Position numbers and translations under genes: made by a program. Under the pieces are notes generated by a model. It was not told the origin of the DNA and did no database searches. It saw only the letters and a program-made list of their open reading frames with translations. From the NCBI GenBank assembly GCA_951406725.2, contig OX597826.1:45198001-45262000 (forward strand): a DNA stretch of 64,000 nucleotides, in the 5' to 3' direction. Below are positions 28,528-42,490 of this stretch, piece after piece. The stretch comes from Octopus vulgaris (taxonomy: Eukaryota). The first letter of the stretch is position 1; every line of letters begins with the position of its first letter.

Positions 28528-28855
28528 GGGAAAGTTTACGAAAATAAACAAAAGACGAAGGCAGGTGGTGTACAAACAAACAGATGTATTAGTATAGCGC
28601 TCAGGAATAGAAATAGTCTTTTACGTTTCGAGCCTACCCTCTGAGTTTGTATATCTGTGTTTGTCTCCCCAGCATCGCTTGACAACCGATGCTGGTGTGT
28701 TTATGTCCCCGCCACTTAGCGGTTCGGCATAGAGACCGATAGCATAAGTACTGGGCTTACAAAGAATAAGTCCCGGGGCCGAGATGCTCGATTAAAGGCG
28801 GTGCTCCAGCATGGCCGCAGTCAAATGACTGAAACAAGTTAAAAAAGTAAAGAGT
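28323..28855 (+). mobile_element. SINE family A with a foreign insertion (28527-28637) in its TA tract
   Basis: Head 28323-28486 and tail 28650-28855. Confidence 0.88.
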
Positions 28856-28862
28856 ATATATA

Positions 28863-29475
28863 TATTTCTTTACTACCCACAAGGGGCTAAACACAGAGGG
28901 GACAAACAAGGACAGACAAACGGATTAAGTCGATTACATCGACCCCAGTGCGTAACTGGTACTTACTTTATCGGGCGAAATGCTAAGCTGTATTTCGTCT
29001 GCCGTTACGTTGTGAGTTCAAATTCCGCCGAGGTCGACTTTGCCTTTCATCCTTTCGGGGTCGATAAATTAAGCACCAGTTACGCACTGGGGTCGATGTA
29101 ATCGACTTAATACCTATGTCTGTCCTTGTTCGTCCCCTCTATGTGTCTATGTGTAGCCCCTTGTGGGTAATAAACAAAATAGGTACTTAATTTATCGACC
29201 CCCAAAAGAATGAAAGGCAAAGTCGACCTCGGCGGAATTTGAATCCAGAACGTAATGGCAGACGAAATATGGCTACGCATTTCGCCCGGCGTGCTAACGT
29301 TTCTACCAGCTCGCCGCTTGGCGAGAATGTAAAGTCCGACAAAATGCGGCTGGGCATTTCGCCCGGCGTGCTAACGTTTCTACCAGCTCGCCGCTTGTCG
29401 AGAATGTAAAGACGGACAAAATGCGGCTGGGCATTTTGTCCGGCGTACTAATGTTTCTGACAATTCACTGCCTTA
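28863..29475. mobile_element. Nested SINE family B cluster: + copy 28974-29181 inside a - copy, plus a 77-bp tandem duplication of the head
   Basis: 16-bp TSD ggtacttactttatcg (28958-28973) / ggtacttaatttatcg (29182-29197). Repeat units at 29278 and 29355. Confidence 0.85.
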
Positions 29476-30091
29476 AATTCGTATAAAATAAAGCAAAGAA
29501 TTATTAATGGAAAATATTAAACTACGTTCGAATATGTTGTGGGGCTTTGCGCGCAAATCCTTCAACCACTGGAAGATTTTTAGCTGGAGTCCGTATATAA
29601 CGAGACTATATAAAGTCCGTGTATGTGTATGCTGTGTGTGCGCGTGTATATGTTTGAGAGAGAGAGAGAATGTGTGTGCGCATGCACAGGTTTTCTGCTA
29701 CACATGCCATACATAGCTTGATGATTTGGAACTGCCAATAATTTTTGTCACAGATTTCTTTTAATTTTAATAAATCAATCAATATTCCACTTTGACATTA
29801 AAATCAAATAAAATCGAAACGACAGATAAAAAAATTGTTGGCGTGTAGGCTGAAGAGGTGGATCTTTTATAGGATTCTTAAAATTCTAACGCTCTCCAAA
29901 ATACTTCTTCGTAATTTTTTTTTTTATACATTTCATGATTTGTGCATTGCTAATATGACAGAAAGATGGCCACGGCTTTGATCGAGTTCACCCTGAATAC
30001 TGTCTCGTAGACGCACTGAATTGTATATTTTTGGTTTGATTTCGATTGATGACGCATGCAGATAATGTTAGTCATCGGCATTCCTATAAAT

Positions 30092-30474
30092 TAGCTAGTG
30101 TGCCAAAAATGGTTATCTCTTTGGGTGTGTGCATTTTAGGCGTCGTAGATTACGATCCTGCAGAAAAAAAAAAATTGGTGTTTGTCCTTTGCTGTTGTTT
30201 TCCCTTTTGAGTTTGTTTTGTTTTTGCTTATTCAAATTTATATTCTGAATATCTCAAAGTGTAGTTCTTCAAAAATATGCGTAACTTTTTGAAATAAGTA
30301 TTTGAAAAAAAAATTCGACAAATAATCAAAAGAATCAAAACTGGGAAATTGCAGAAAGAGGCGGTGTTCCTTTCCCACATTTATTTGGTTTTGTTAGAAT
30401 GGGGGCAAAATCGTAATCTACTTTGCTTAACACGTATACGTCCAACAAAATTTCAGTTTTTGGTGCACTAACTA
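30092..30474. mobile_element. Old MITE-like element with degenerate long TIRs
   Basis: Terminal tagctagtgtgccaaaaat / tttttggtgcactaacta and internal gtagattacgat / atcgtaatctac are inverted pairs. Confidence 0.55.
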
Positions 30475-30494
30475 CAAACTAACTGGTAATATTT

Positions 30495-30919
30495 CATATT
30501 TCTTTATTGCCCACAAGGGGCTAAACATAGAGGGGACAAACAAGGACAGACAAACGGATTAAGTCGATTTTATACACCCCAGTGCGTAACTGGTACTTAT
30601 TTAATCGACCCCGAAAGGATGAAAGGCAAAGTCGACCTCGGCGGAATTTGAATTCAGAAAGTAACAGTAGTCGAAATACCTGCTTCTATTTCTTTACTAC
30701 CCACAGGGGTTAAACACAGAGAGGACAAAGAAGGACAGACAAACGGATTAAGTCGATTATATCGACTCCAATGCGTAACTGGTACTTATTTAATCGATCC
30801 TGAAAGGATGAAAGGCAAAGTCGACCTCGGCGGAATTTGAACTCAGAACGTAACGGCAGAATAAATACGGTTACGCATTTCGCCCGGCGTGCTAACGTTT
30901 CTGCCAGCTCGCCGCCTTC
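30495..30919 (-). mobile_element. SINE family B dimer with 14-bp TSD
   Basis: TSD aactggtaatattt at 30481-30494 and 30920-30933. A full unit is followed by a headless unit. Confidence 0.88.
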
Positions 30920-31754
30920 AACTGGTAATATTTTTACTGACCAAAAGAAGTGGGGAACTGTCAGAATCGTTACATCGCCAGACAAAACTCCCTGCGGCAT
31001 TCCTTCCGAATCTTTATGATATGGGCTCACAACTTACTGATGACGCATGCACCGTTCATTCTTTTGTGGTTCGATAAAATAGGGTATCAGTCACGTTCTG
31101 AGATCAATGGTATCAGCTAACCCCTTTCTACAAAACTGCTTGCATTATACCTAAATCAGATATAATGGTCTCAACTGACAAGCATTTATTACTTATTTAT
31201 TTTTTGTCTCTAACTCCTTAATTTTCTTAATTTCTTGTTTTCCTTGAGCCCTAGTATACATAAGGCCGGTTACCCGGTTCCTACAACATATAAGTAACCG
31301 AAATCGCAACAATCTCTTGGACAGGACACCGGTGCGTTACAGGGTTCAAGGCTAGCAATTTTTGTGGAAAGGAGACAAGTCGATTACTTCAAATCCAGTA
31401 ATTTACTGATACCATATTTTATCGACCCAGAGGGGATGAAAAACTAAGTTGATCTCATGCAATTTGAACTTATAATATAAAAAGCTGGAAGAAACGTGGC
31501 TAAGCATTTTAGTTGATGTTCTGACGATTCTGCTAGCATTTAACACCTTAGATAGCTATCAGAAAATCAGATGTACTGTTGCCTTGTTCATTTTCTGAAA
31601 TTTCATATCTCAATGAAATCATATATTGAGCAGCGGCGAAGAATCTAGGTGATTACACCATATCTTCAAAATGCGTGATCATGTACAAGCGGAATTTTAG
31701 CTCAAAATGTAAACACGGACGAAACACCGCTAACGGCGGATAACATTTCTCTTC

Positions 31755-32120
31755 GAGCTGGTAGAAACGTTAGCACGCCGGGCGAAATGCTTAGCAGTAT
31801 TTCGTCTGTCGCTACGCTCTCAGTTCAATTTTCGCCGAGGTCGATTAAATAAGTACCAGTTACGCACTGGGGTCGATGTAATCGACTTAATCCGTTTGTC
31901 TGTCCTTGTTTGTCTCCTTTGCGTGTAGCTCCTTGTGGGCAGTAAAGAAATAGGTGTTTCGTTTGTCTTTATGTTCTGAGTTCAAATTCCGTCGAGGTCA
32001 ACTTGGCCTTTCATCCTTTCAAGGTCGATAAATAAAGCACCAATTGCATACTGGGTTCGATCTAATCGACTGGCCCCATCCCTCAAAAATTTCAAGCCCT
32101 GAACCAAGAGTAGAAAAGAT
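31755..32120 (+). mobile_element. SINE family B dimer
   Basis: gagctggtagaaacgttagcacgccgggcg ... aaagaaata|ggtgtttcgtttg, then a second unit. Diverged copies also at about 30955-31150 (+) and 31350-31545 (-). Confidence 0.8.
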
Positions 32121-32714
32121 TCTCTCGGCTCGTCGTCTAACCGTGTACATATATTTGAAAACAACATTTATAATTTAGTAAAAACAATACTGTGTAAATA
32201 TTCTCTGAACAGCAGCACTATTTTATTCTTTTCGGTTTGTCACACAAGATCCAGATTTTTCGTAAATTTCTATACATACGTAGTTTTTCATAGTAATTAC
32301 AAGTGATATGTTGGGTTCTCAACATTGTATATATATACTGATTTTAGATCGAGGAATTGATAGTAACTACCAGCAACTGAAATCTTTCAAATCTTCGAAA
32401 TCATATGCACGCATTTTTGTGTGAGATAACAGCCGATATAAATGTTGGTCATTGGCTGTAAGCTGAATTCTGCAATAGAATTTTACATCGTATTGAGAAA
32501 GGAGGAGAGAAAAAGTAAATGAGATGTACAAGGAGAGGAAAATTAGAGGTGGAGGATGAGTGCTTTATAACGGTTTGGAAAAATACGATCTATTTGTGAA
32601 ACTTTGCAGTGATAGGCTTTCGATGTAGTAGACAGAGATTATGTTGATAAAATTTTTTAAAATAATAGCAAATATTTATTGTGAATACACAAAGAAGAAA
32701 TTTATGAAATTTAA

Positions 32715-33148
32715 TATTATTTTAAGGCAATAATGTTTTTCTTTTGTAAATTAGCGTCCATTTCCTTCGTTATGTATATACACAAAGAAATTTGATAAAA
32801 ATTTAAATTATAATTCGTTTTTGGATTTGGTTTGCTAGATTCTTTATATGAGTTCGTGTGTTGAAGCATATTCTGGTGTGTGTGGGGAGAGTAATTTTCT
32901 TTTTGTGCCTTATAATGTAACACACTCACCGGTAAAATTTCTGCTTTTTTTTCTTATTTTTATTTTCCTAAAATTTTCGTTGCGTCTTACAACCTTTTCA
33001 ATAGTCTTGACGCAATAGACTATTGAAAAGGTTGCAGGACGCAACGAAAATTTTTGGGAAAATAAAAATAAGAAAAAAAAGTGGAAATTTTACCGGTGAG
33101 TGTGTTACATTATAAGACACAAAAAGAAAATGACTCTCCCCAGACACA
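32715..33148. mobile_element. Fold-back insertion, U3-A8 hammerhead-like family
   Basis: About 130-bp arms, 32877-33006 and 33018-33148, are inverted around an 11-nt loop. The left extension matches the fragment at 8828-8930. Confidence 0.8.
32968..33004 (-). ncRNA. Minimal hammerhead-like motif, U3-A8 variant (mirror copy 33020-33056 on +)
   Basis: cta-TTGAAAA-g-gttg(t/c)...gcaac-GAA-AATT-T-tag. Stem I is only 3 bp. Confidence 0.55.
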
Positions 33149-33659
33149 ACATTAAATTATAATGATGTATGCCATATTTCCTGATATCACCTACGGTGGC
33201 AGAATATACTTTTAAAGTTACCAGTCATATGACAGGCAACTCTCTAGTTCATTTATAAATTTTCTAAACCGTCAGCTATTTTTACAGATGATATTGCAAA
33301 CTATATTACAAACAGGCAGAGCGATTTAGAGGAAAATAAAAGAAAGCACAGAAGTAAGAGTACAATTCCAGATGTAGCCGAAATTGTTATGATTTCTAAT
33401 CAACAACTGACGAAGGGATAACTTTATGCTTTGTTTCAGTTTTACTTGTAAAAATCCTTGCTCGTCTATACTATTTTCGTCACACACATATGTGTGTGTT
33501 TTATGTGTATTTGAGAATATGTATATATGCATGTGTGTGCGTGCGATTATGCTTCATTGCATACATGTTTATGTTCAAGATTGATATTTTTGATTTTATA
33601 TATATCGTAATTCCTTCTGAGGATTTCACACCTGGTTTCGAACAGCTGGTTGCCTAGAT

Positions 33660-33876
33660 CAGTGCTTTTCAAACTTTTTGTGGGGTGGAACCCCAAGGAA
33701 ACATTCCACTGGCTCGAGGAACCCCTGTGCAATAATTTATACTCTTAAGCACACATATCTGCACAGGAGAATTAAAAATTACTGCCGATTTTAGCAGTTT
33801 TGTAACTTTTTGCGGAACCCCTGGACTGTACTGGCGGAACCCTAAGGTTACGCGGAACCCTGGTTGAAAACCACTG
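33660..33876. mobile_element. hAT (Charlie/Buster-type) MITE
   Basis: TIRs cagtgcttttcaaac and gttgaaaaccactg; 8-bp TSD gcctagat (33652-33659) / gcatagat (33877-33884); internal ggaacccc repeats. Confidence 0.85.
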
Positions 33877-34119
33877 GCATAGATCTTCATAGTTTCTTTA
33901 TCATGAACTGAATTGAATGTATTTCACGTTTGTGTTGCTTCTTATGATCTAATTGAGTTCCTCTTGACATTAGATATATTGACCATTAGCATATATATTC
34001 TAACAAAGTAAACAGTTGAGTCTGAGTTTCACCCTTAGTTGGGCTATCTTTGGGAGTGGAGGATCAGGATAAGGAGTATAAACAAAGTTCAGTTAGTGTC
34101 AGAGTGAAAAGGGTGTGAA

Positions 34120-34190
34120 CATACATATATATATGTATGTAAGTGTGTATGTATGTATGTATGTATGTATGTACGTATGTATGTATGTAC

Positions 34191-34223
<33 letters not shown>

Positions 34224-34293
34224 CATGTATGTATGTATGTATGTATGTATGTATGTATGTATGTATGTATGTATGTATGTATGTATGTGTGTG
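34120..34293. repeat. (GTAT)n microsatellite
   Basis: Directly visible. Confidence 0.95.
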
Positions 34294-34705
34294 TTTCACC
34301 AGTACTAGTATGTGCACACGATCTTCATCAACTCGTAAGTTACCTAAAGAGCAACAAAAGTTTGAATTGACCAAAATAAAATATCATTAATCTCTACTAT
34401 GGTAGTGAGTACTCTTTTCCCAACAGTTAACACTAAACCAGTGTGTGTGTGCGTAAACATATATACCGGTGTGTGTGTGTGTGTTCACAATCACACTCAC
34501 TCACATACGCATATGCATGTACATATAAAATATGCCTGTGAATACATAGTAATTAAATAGCCATGAGTAAGATTAATAAACACACAATAACCCACATTGC
34601 ATAAATAAATACTTTCCGTACACCTACATATATATACATATATGTATATATATATATATATATTATATTATACATATATATACATATACATATATATATA
34701 TATAT

Positions 34706-34737
<32 letters not shown>

Positions 34738-35074
34738 ATATAATATAATATGATATAATATAATATAATATAATATAATATAATATCGCATATTTGTATA
34801 TGTGTATGTTGATGTACGTATATAGTATGAAGTTAATTAAAATAGGAATTATTTTATTTCATCGCCATCTCTGCATTATCATATATTAATCAGACATATT
34901 TTCTGTGTGTTTTTTTTTTTGCTTTTTGTTTTTTTTATATTTATATATATTTCTGTTCTCAAATTTCTCTTCGTCATCATTTTTAAGAAAGAAAGTGTTT
35001 TTTATATATATATATATATATATATAACTTCTCTCTATTGTGCTTATTCTTCTCCTTATTCGACAATTTTTCTG

Positions 35075-35242
35075 CTGACTACAACTACTACTACTACTAC
35101 TACTACTACAATCCTCATCATCACGACTTATGCAACAACTACCACTGCCACTACTATTGCCAGCGTCAATGACACCACCACAACTGCTACGACTATTATC
35201 ACTATCATGCCCATCGAGATTACACAACCACCATCAGCACTG

Positions 35243-35285
<43 letters not shown>

Positions 35286-35320
35286 GACTACTACTACTAC
35301 TACCACTACTACTAACTACC
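35075..35320. repeat. Degenerate (CTA)n/(CCA)n trinucleotide region
   Basis: Directly visible. Confidence 0.9.
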
Positions 35321-35844
35321 TTTCAAGTTTCTCTTTCCTTTTCATCTGCCATATTATGTCGCAGTATTTTCTATATGACATGTGTACAGTTGAAAAACAT
35401 AGTAGCAAACCCTTTGATCTACTATCTATTAAGAAGCTGGGAAACGGTAAGATAGTTGAAAATGTCGGCATATACAAGTAGTCAGAGAAAATAGATTGAA
35501 AAGAACGATAGCTATTGGTAACTGATATCTGCTCACATGATTAGCTGATGGGTGTAAAACCGAAATGGAAAGGGCTTTCACAGTTCTCTACATGCTTTTA
35601 ATTTACTGTATTATGTAACCTTATTCCTTCTGGCAATGTTTGTTTTAGCAAAAACATTCACTTCTATCTTACTCCTTTTATGTGGGTTTTTGAATATACG
35701 TATGCGTGTGTATGCGTATAGGTAGGTATGTTTGTATGGATGTACGTATGTACTTATATGTACATATATATCTATGCATATCTAAACAAGTATATATATA
35801 TATATCTGTAGGTATCCATTTACTATATTCCTCTCTCTTTTTTG

Positions 35845-35912
<68 letters not shown>

Positions 35913-36126
35913 TATATATATGCATATATATACATATATATATATATATATGTATACACACATACATATATATGTATATATATATATGTATATATATGTA
36001 CATATATATATGTAGTTATACATACATATACAAACCTATATATATATGTATATATATATAGATGTGTGTGTGTGTTTGTATACATACTTTTGTAAACCTA
36101 TATATATTCACATATATACATATATA

Positions 36127-36176
<50 letters not shown>

Positions 36177-36911
36177 TGTATATATTTATATAAATTTGAA
36201 TGTATATATATAGATATATACTTACAAATGTGTGTATATATATAAACATATACACTTACATATACACTCACACGCACACACACACACACACACCTATTTC
36301 TGTCAAAATATTGAAATGACTGATCAAGATTATTAGATGTCGCATTAGCAACCAACTCTGAAACAGCTGTAAGCTAATGAAAATGATGATATAATTGCTA
36401 TTTTTCTAGTTATTTACTAATTAATATCTATACATGTGTGTGTGAGTGTGTAGATATGTATGTTCAAGAGTGTTTGTACATACATATGTGTGTCCCTTTG
36501 TAAATACACACATAGACACAGACGCCCACACGCATATATTCTAGCTACTGTATTCAGTGGAGTGCAACAACACTGGAATGCAGCGTTCAGGGATTTTTAA
36601 TTATTTTTGCTAAATATAACGACAGCAGAACTTATGACACCTAAAAACGTTGACGAACACATGTGCAGACGCACCAGCGCACTTAAATCTGAATATAGGT
36701 GTGTATGTATGTATGTATGTATGTATGTATGTATGTATGTATGTATGTATGTATGTATGTGTGTATGTATGTATGTATGTAGGTAGGTAGGTAGGTATGA
36801 ATGTATGTATGTACACACACATAAACGTTTGAAAAAATGCTTCGTTATATCTTTATACGTCAGCAAAAATGTCAGTACATATACGTGATTCCGCGTGAAC
36901 GTGTATACATC

Positions 36912-36945
<34 letters not shown>

Positions 36946-36959
36946 TGTATGTATGTATG

Positions 36960-36994
<35 letters not shown>

Positions 36995-37000
<6 letters not shown>

Positions 37001-37470
37001 TTTTATATCGAGGGTTTTATTTAAATTGACGTAAAAGTAGGGAATGTATTTGTAATTCAAATACGTTCCCTACTTTAATTAAAACCCTACTTTAAATAAA
37101 GGTCACTTTAAATAAAACACTCGATTCAATAGCATTATGTACAAACTCTATACTTGGAATGACCAACTTTAAATACTATTGGAATTTACTGGTAGGGTAT
37201 TGGAATCTTATATGTATACCATTCTGCCTAAATGATGGATCTACAAATGCAATATCCCTGCATATCTCACATCTATTTTCATTCCTCCACTTCACTCTCT
37301 ATTTCGTATCTTATCTAAATTAACTATTGCCTAACCATTTTCTCACACCGCCTCCGATGAAGGGATATAATAAATATCCTGGAAACAAGTGTAAGACCGT
37401 CTATTTAAAATGTTCTAAATTCTTCACAGCCTTGGTGCTTTTTTTTATCTCATTCTGAAAAAGGAAGTTT
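36995..37470 (+). mobile_element. Penelope-type pLTR remnant with 5' nested inversion and degenerate hammerhead
   Basis: Inverted segments 37007-37030/37102-37125 and 37034-37052/37058-37076 follow a TA tract. Hammerhead-like motif at 37350-37397. Confidence 0.5.
37350..37397 (+). ncRNA. Degenerate hammerhead (CCGATGA core, GUA site)
   Basis: gcct-CCGATGA-agggatat(aataa)atatcctg-GAA-ACAAGTGT-A-agac. Confidence 0.5.
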
Positions 37471-37623
37471 TATATATACACATGCTGATATATGACCTAC
37501 GCTGGACTCCTTATTCGCATAATCACCGAACCTGGAACTTAACTATGGTCTGTCCATAACACTTACTCAGCACTACCTGACACCTTTGGGTCTTATTGAC
37601 ACCATTACCTCTCATAACCTCTA

Positions 37624-37698
<75 letters not shown>

Positions 37699-38867
37699 GA
37701 GAGAGAGAGAGAGAAAGAGAGCGCGAGAGAGATTATCTCTCTCTATACATTTATGTTCTCAGAGTTGATCGTCTCCACTTTTTGCTTTTTCATGCAGTGC
37801 TTCACTGTGATCACCTCAACAAAGGAAACAGTGAACAGTCTGGGTCAGACCCTCAAATTTTATGCAATAAAAGCATCTACCCATTTTAACCAGTTTCTCG
37901 AACTCTTTATCACTACTTGCAACCGTGCAGCACCCTATCGCACACATTATCTTCTATGCTATAATCCCGCACGCCCTCTCTCTTCCATTCAACTCCGCCA
38001 AGGTAGTTTAGTCTAATCTGTTGAATACTATGCACTGGAATAAACGCGGTGAAGTGTCCTTGAAGTTACATTGACATTAAGGAGACAAATACGAAGCTGC
38101 GTTGAATAAAAGATACATATGTACAATCAAGTTTGACACTTTCGTGGACACTCGGACGTGGGAAGAACTTTTGCAGCGGAAATAGTCTCGAGAGAAAATC
38201 AATCTCAGACAATATATTTGGGAAAGCACATCACTGGATTACGGATGCTGTCATCTAATTGTAGGACACATGCATTTCTGAATCGTTACGAATTTGTCTT
38301 TCACAACTGGGAAAGCCTCTCTGCAGTAAAAGGTCTTCCATATCCGACTGTACAAGAACGTGTTAAATATGATGGTACTCTCATATACACCATCTATCGC
38401 TATATTATACGCCTTTCGTTAATAAATTCCAGTTCAACCAAGCTTCGCGCACATCAGCAAATGAACTATTTGCACTTCTTATATTAATATATACATATAT
38501 ATATATTTATATCAAAGGGATGTCTTATAAACTATATTCCGAACATACAATAACAGCCATACCAACAACCCCACGGATATAAATATATCTATAGATAGAT
38601 ATTCTTTTTTTATTCTTTTACATATTTCAGTTATTTGACTTCGGCCATGCTCGAGCACTACCTTGCAGGGTTTTAATCGAACAAACCGACCTGAGAACTT
38701 ATTCGTTGTAAGCCTAGTACTTATTTTATCGTTTACTTTTGCCGAACCGCTAAATTATTGGCACGTCAACACACCAATGCCGACTTTCAGGCGGTGATGG
38801 CGGTGACAAAAAGACACAAAGACACACAGATATATGCATATATATATATGTATATGTATGTCTCTCT

Positions 38868-38989
<122 letters not shown>

Positions 38990-38993
38990 CATA

Positions 38994-39033
<40 letters not shown>

Positions 39034-39037
<4 letters not shown>

Positions 39038-39391
39038 AAATAAGCAAAAGAATGACTCCGGTAATTTGGTGCATTGTTTCGCACTACATCATTTTATTAA
39101 ATGTTGTAAGTATTACAACAGATTTAAGATGTTTCCAATTGATTTTAAAACTTTTGTATTAATGGAAAACCTCTATGATTGGCTGATGAGCACTCAGCAT
39201 CTTAAATCTGTTGTAATACTTACAACATTTAATAAAATGATGTAGTGCGAAACAATTGTACCAAATTACCGGAGTCATTCTTGTTGCTTATTTTGATTAT
39301 AATCACCCCACAAATTTTTATGGATAACACCATACAAAATTTGGTGCATCTAAATTAAGTACCATATTTATTCGAATCTAAATTTTTGCTG

Positions 39392-39394
<3 letters not shown>
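39034..39394. mobile_element. Fold-back pLTR-like insertion in the internal (TA)n of a SINE
   Basis: Arms 39034-39131 and 39198-39297 are inverted, with an unpaired right extension of about 95 nt. TA tracts on both sides. Confidence 0.85.
39179..39264 (+). ncRNA. Intact minimal type I hammerhead ribozyme (C3-G8, GUA site)
   Basis: ttgg-CTGATGA-gcact...agtgc-GAA-ACAATTGT-A-ccaa. All core bases are canonical and stem III is palindromic. Confidence 0.85.
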
Positions 39395-39449
<55 letters not shown>

Positions 39450-39587
39450 GACAAATATCTTTCAGTTTCCGCCTACCAGATCCACTCACAAGGCTTTGTT
39501 CGGCCCTAGGTGACATTCAATGGGACTGAACACAGAACCATGAGGTTAAGAAGCGAGATTCTTACCACACAGTCACGACTGCGCCTG

Positions 39588-39770
39588 TATATAATATTTA
39601 AAACAATTTGATTCGGTTCCTTGCTGCTTCAAGTTTCGCAGGCCACTAACAGGTGTCCGATTCCTTCAGGCTTCTTACGGAACCGAATCAAACTGTTTTA
39701 AATATTGTATGTAACTCTTACTAGATGTGCCGAGTATCCTTTTCTTTCGTTTGTCCAATCACTCGCATAT
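39588..39770. repeat. Short fold-back (about 30-bp arms) with decayed hammerhead-like spacer
   Basis: aatatttaaaacaatttgattcggttcc is inverted with ggaaccgaatcaaactgttttaaatatt. The minus-strand spacer reads gc-CTGAAGG...GAAAC. Confidence 0.55.
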
Positions 39771-39941
39771 ATATATATAAAATCAGCCGAAATTGCGAGG
39801 ATGATCCTGTTCTTGACTGAGAATAGAAAGCTTCGAATGACCCGTCCTTGTTTTTTTGTATCGTCTATCTGGATGTCTTGTTGTCCCTTTCTGTATCACC
39901 TAGTTGTCCGGATGTTTTGCGTTCTTGTCCCATTTTGTATT

Positions 39942-40286
39942 AGTATACTTAAAATTAGATGGCCCGAACACATAGGCAATATGGAGCTATGACTAAGAGC
40001 AAATCAAGTTTTCGATTAGGGAGCAAATATTTAAGAAAAATCGGAAGTGGATTGGTAGCACAATTAGAAAAGACACACCAAATGTAGCAAAAAGTGCTTT
40101 ACAGTGGAATCCAGGTGGATATAGAAAGAGAGGTAGGTCTAATAACTCGTGGCGTAGATCAACACAAAAGGAACTAGAGAAAGGGGGACATTCATGGCAG
40201 AGTATAAATACAGAAGCGAAAAATTACGCGACATGGAATTCAACTATAAGTGGCCTATACTCCGCGTTGGGGGGGTCAAAGGCAGA
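39942..40286 (+). pseudogene. RTE-clade LINE 3'-terminal fragment
   Basis: Manual translation ILKIRWPEHIGNMEL*LRANQ/SIREQIFKKNRKWIGSTIRKDTPNVAKSALQWNPGGYRKRGRSNNSWRRS...ISGLYS, typical of the RTE ORF C-terminus. One stop and one frameshift. Confidence 0.85.
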
Positions 40287-40325
40287 AATATATATATATA
40301 TAGCGGCGTACGTACACTTTGCTCT

Positions 40326-40377
<52 letters not shown>

Positions 40378-42249
40378 CAACCGTTCATGAAAGATTGTTT
40401 CGGTGTTCATACCAAATGAAACAACGACGCAGAAACATATGAGTCCTACGATCCGATGTCATTCGTAGCCCAATGATGTATTTTTACACATACTGACTAC
40501 GAAGATAATTTTCTTCCGAGACTATTTCTTCGGCAACAAGTATTCCCAAGTTCGAGTGTTCACGAACGTATTAAATATGATTGTACACACATATATTTTA
40601 CTCTAGTAATTTCAACTGACTGGACTATACCATTAAAATTCACCACGGTGGTTTAGTCTAATATCAGTAGGAAGTCTACATTTTACTGAAATACAATCTT
40701 CCTTAGGACAGAGAATAAGAATAGATTAGAAAGTTTTCAGTTTAGGCTTGCGGCGTAAACTTGTCGAAAATCTAGAGTAGCAAAGAAACTTCGTTTAGTT
40801 GGAAGAGACTAAGGCAGGAGGTTCCTGAATTAATTATATCCTACGGTTAAGTGACAACTAACCGGAATAGTAATTAATAATAAATCACAAGGTGGTCCGG
40901 TAGTAGTGATGTTGGTTGTGGTGGTCATAATGATGGTAATGTGCTGCAAAAAAAAAAGAAACATATGAGAATCAGTTAATTACGTGAGTCGATGGGAAAA
41001 AATATAATTGAACGGAACTAACAGACAAATTTGAAGAGACAGTTTTTACAAGACTCTCATCAGAAATGGAAGTGATGAAGAATATTATTATAATGATTTT
41101 CCTACATTAAACGAGAATTCTTCATGTCGAATGTTCAGCAATGAATGCTCATATAAAGGAAATATGAGTTATTTGGTCACAGCTGTTTCGGCGCCGCTTA
41201 TATGGCGTCGTTGATTCTACGCTAACTTATTTGGCATCACACATTTTAATGCTTTTCTCGTTGTCTCCTCTCTCTCTCTCTGTCTCCCTTTCAGTCTATC
41301 TGTCGATCTCTCTCTCTCTCTCTCCCTTTCTCTTTTTGTGTGTTAGCATAATTCTTTTTGCGTGTATGCCAAGAGGGAAAGTGTTTATGTCAATCGTGTT
41401 CAAGTAATAGGCTGTTCAATTCATAAATTGCAATATCTCTCTCTCCCTCCTTTTCTGTCTCCTCTTTATCTTCTTCTCTCTCTATTTCCCTCTCTTGCTA
41501 TCTGTATGGGTTATATTTCGCGTTCGTGGATGCGTGCATATGTCTGTGTATGGTTTCCGCCAACTCCAAGAATTACTGTCTCCAAAAATGCTGAATATGC
41601 CGTCAGCTCTTCTAAACCATCTGTGTCCAAATGGCTGGACTAAATCATTTTATTCCATTTATAATGTTGCCCCAAAGTTAAGGAGGTTGGCTCAGTATTT
41701 CAAATAGTAACCGGGACCTTGCACTAATTTAAAAATCTTGTGATCTCCCTTCTGCCATACAGTGGCACCATATGGAATTTCCTTTCTGCAAGTTCACTAT
41801 TGAAAAACAAAACCGTTAACTGTCAGTGTCATGATGTAATCACTCTCCTGCCTAGAAGTAACCACCAAATCTCCCTCAAATTGAATCTACCAGTTATAAA
41901 TTATAAGTAGAAATCAATTTGGATAATGTTGTACTGGGTTCCCAGTAAGTAGGAAGAAGATGAGATGGTCACGGCTGGAACATAAAAAACGAGAACGGTC
42001 GCATCTGTTAAAGAGCATTCGTTTGTTAGTTATCCTCTGTCACGTGGTGGCTCTACCAGCTAGATAAAACTGCCAAATCTCCCTTAAATCAAACGCTAAC
42101 AAAACAAAAAACAAAACAACAAACATGGCTGACGCTGGATAATGTGGTGTTGGGTTTTCACATCAGACATCTTTTATTTTTAAGTCGTCTCGATCAGGGT
42201 TGACCAAGGATTTGTTAAACTATAATAACAGCAACAGTGAAGTTGTGTT

Positions 42250-42490
42250 ATTGGTTAGGGTAGTCGGCTCACGTTAGTAAAGTCGTGAGTTCACTTCCTG
42301 GTGACATGTTGTGACTTTGCTGCTTCCCCAGTCCACTCAGCCGGCAAAAATGAATAGTAGCTGCATTACAAAGGACAATCCTTGTCACATTCTGTGTTGC
42401 GCTGAATCTCCCTGAAAACTACGTTAAGGGTACGCGTGTCTGTGGAGTGCTCAGCCACTTGCACGTTAAGTTCACGAGCAGGCCAGTTCC
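42250..42490 (+). mobile_element. SINE family D, partial
   Basis: ccagtccactcagccggcaaaaatg...gaatctccctgaaaactacgttaagggtacgcgtgtctgtgg. Confidence 0.8.

Noticed and set aside
34886-35455. Poly-Thr/Leu/Ser ORFs resembling a mucin or signal peptide
   Set aside because: Produced by (CTA)n repeats; no splice or domain support.
36318-36372. CTGATCA...GAAACAGCTGTA hammerhead-like motif (and GAAACAGCTGTG at about 41178-41189, minus)
   Set aside because: The 3-8 pair is broken or the core is absent, and stem I does not pair. At most decayed remnants.
41030-41070. CTGATGA on the minus strand as a hammerhead
   Set aside because: No correctly placed GAAA and no stem I pairing.
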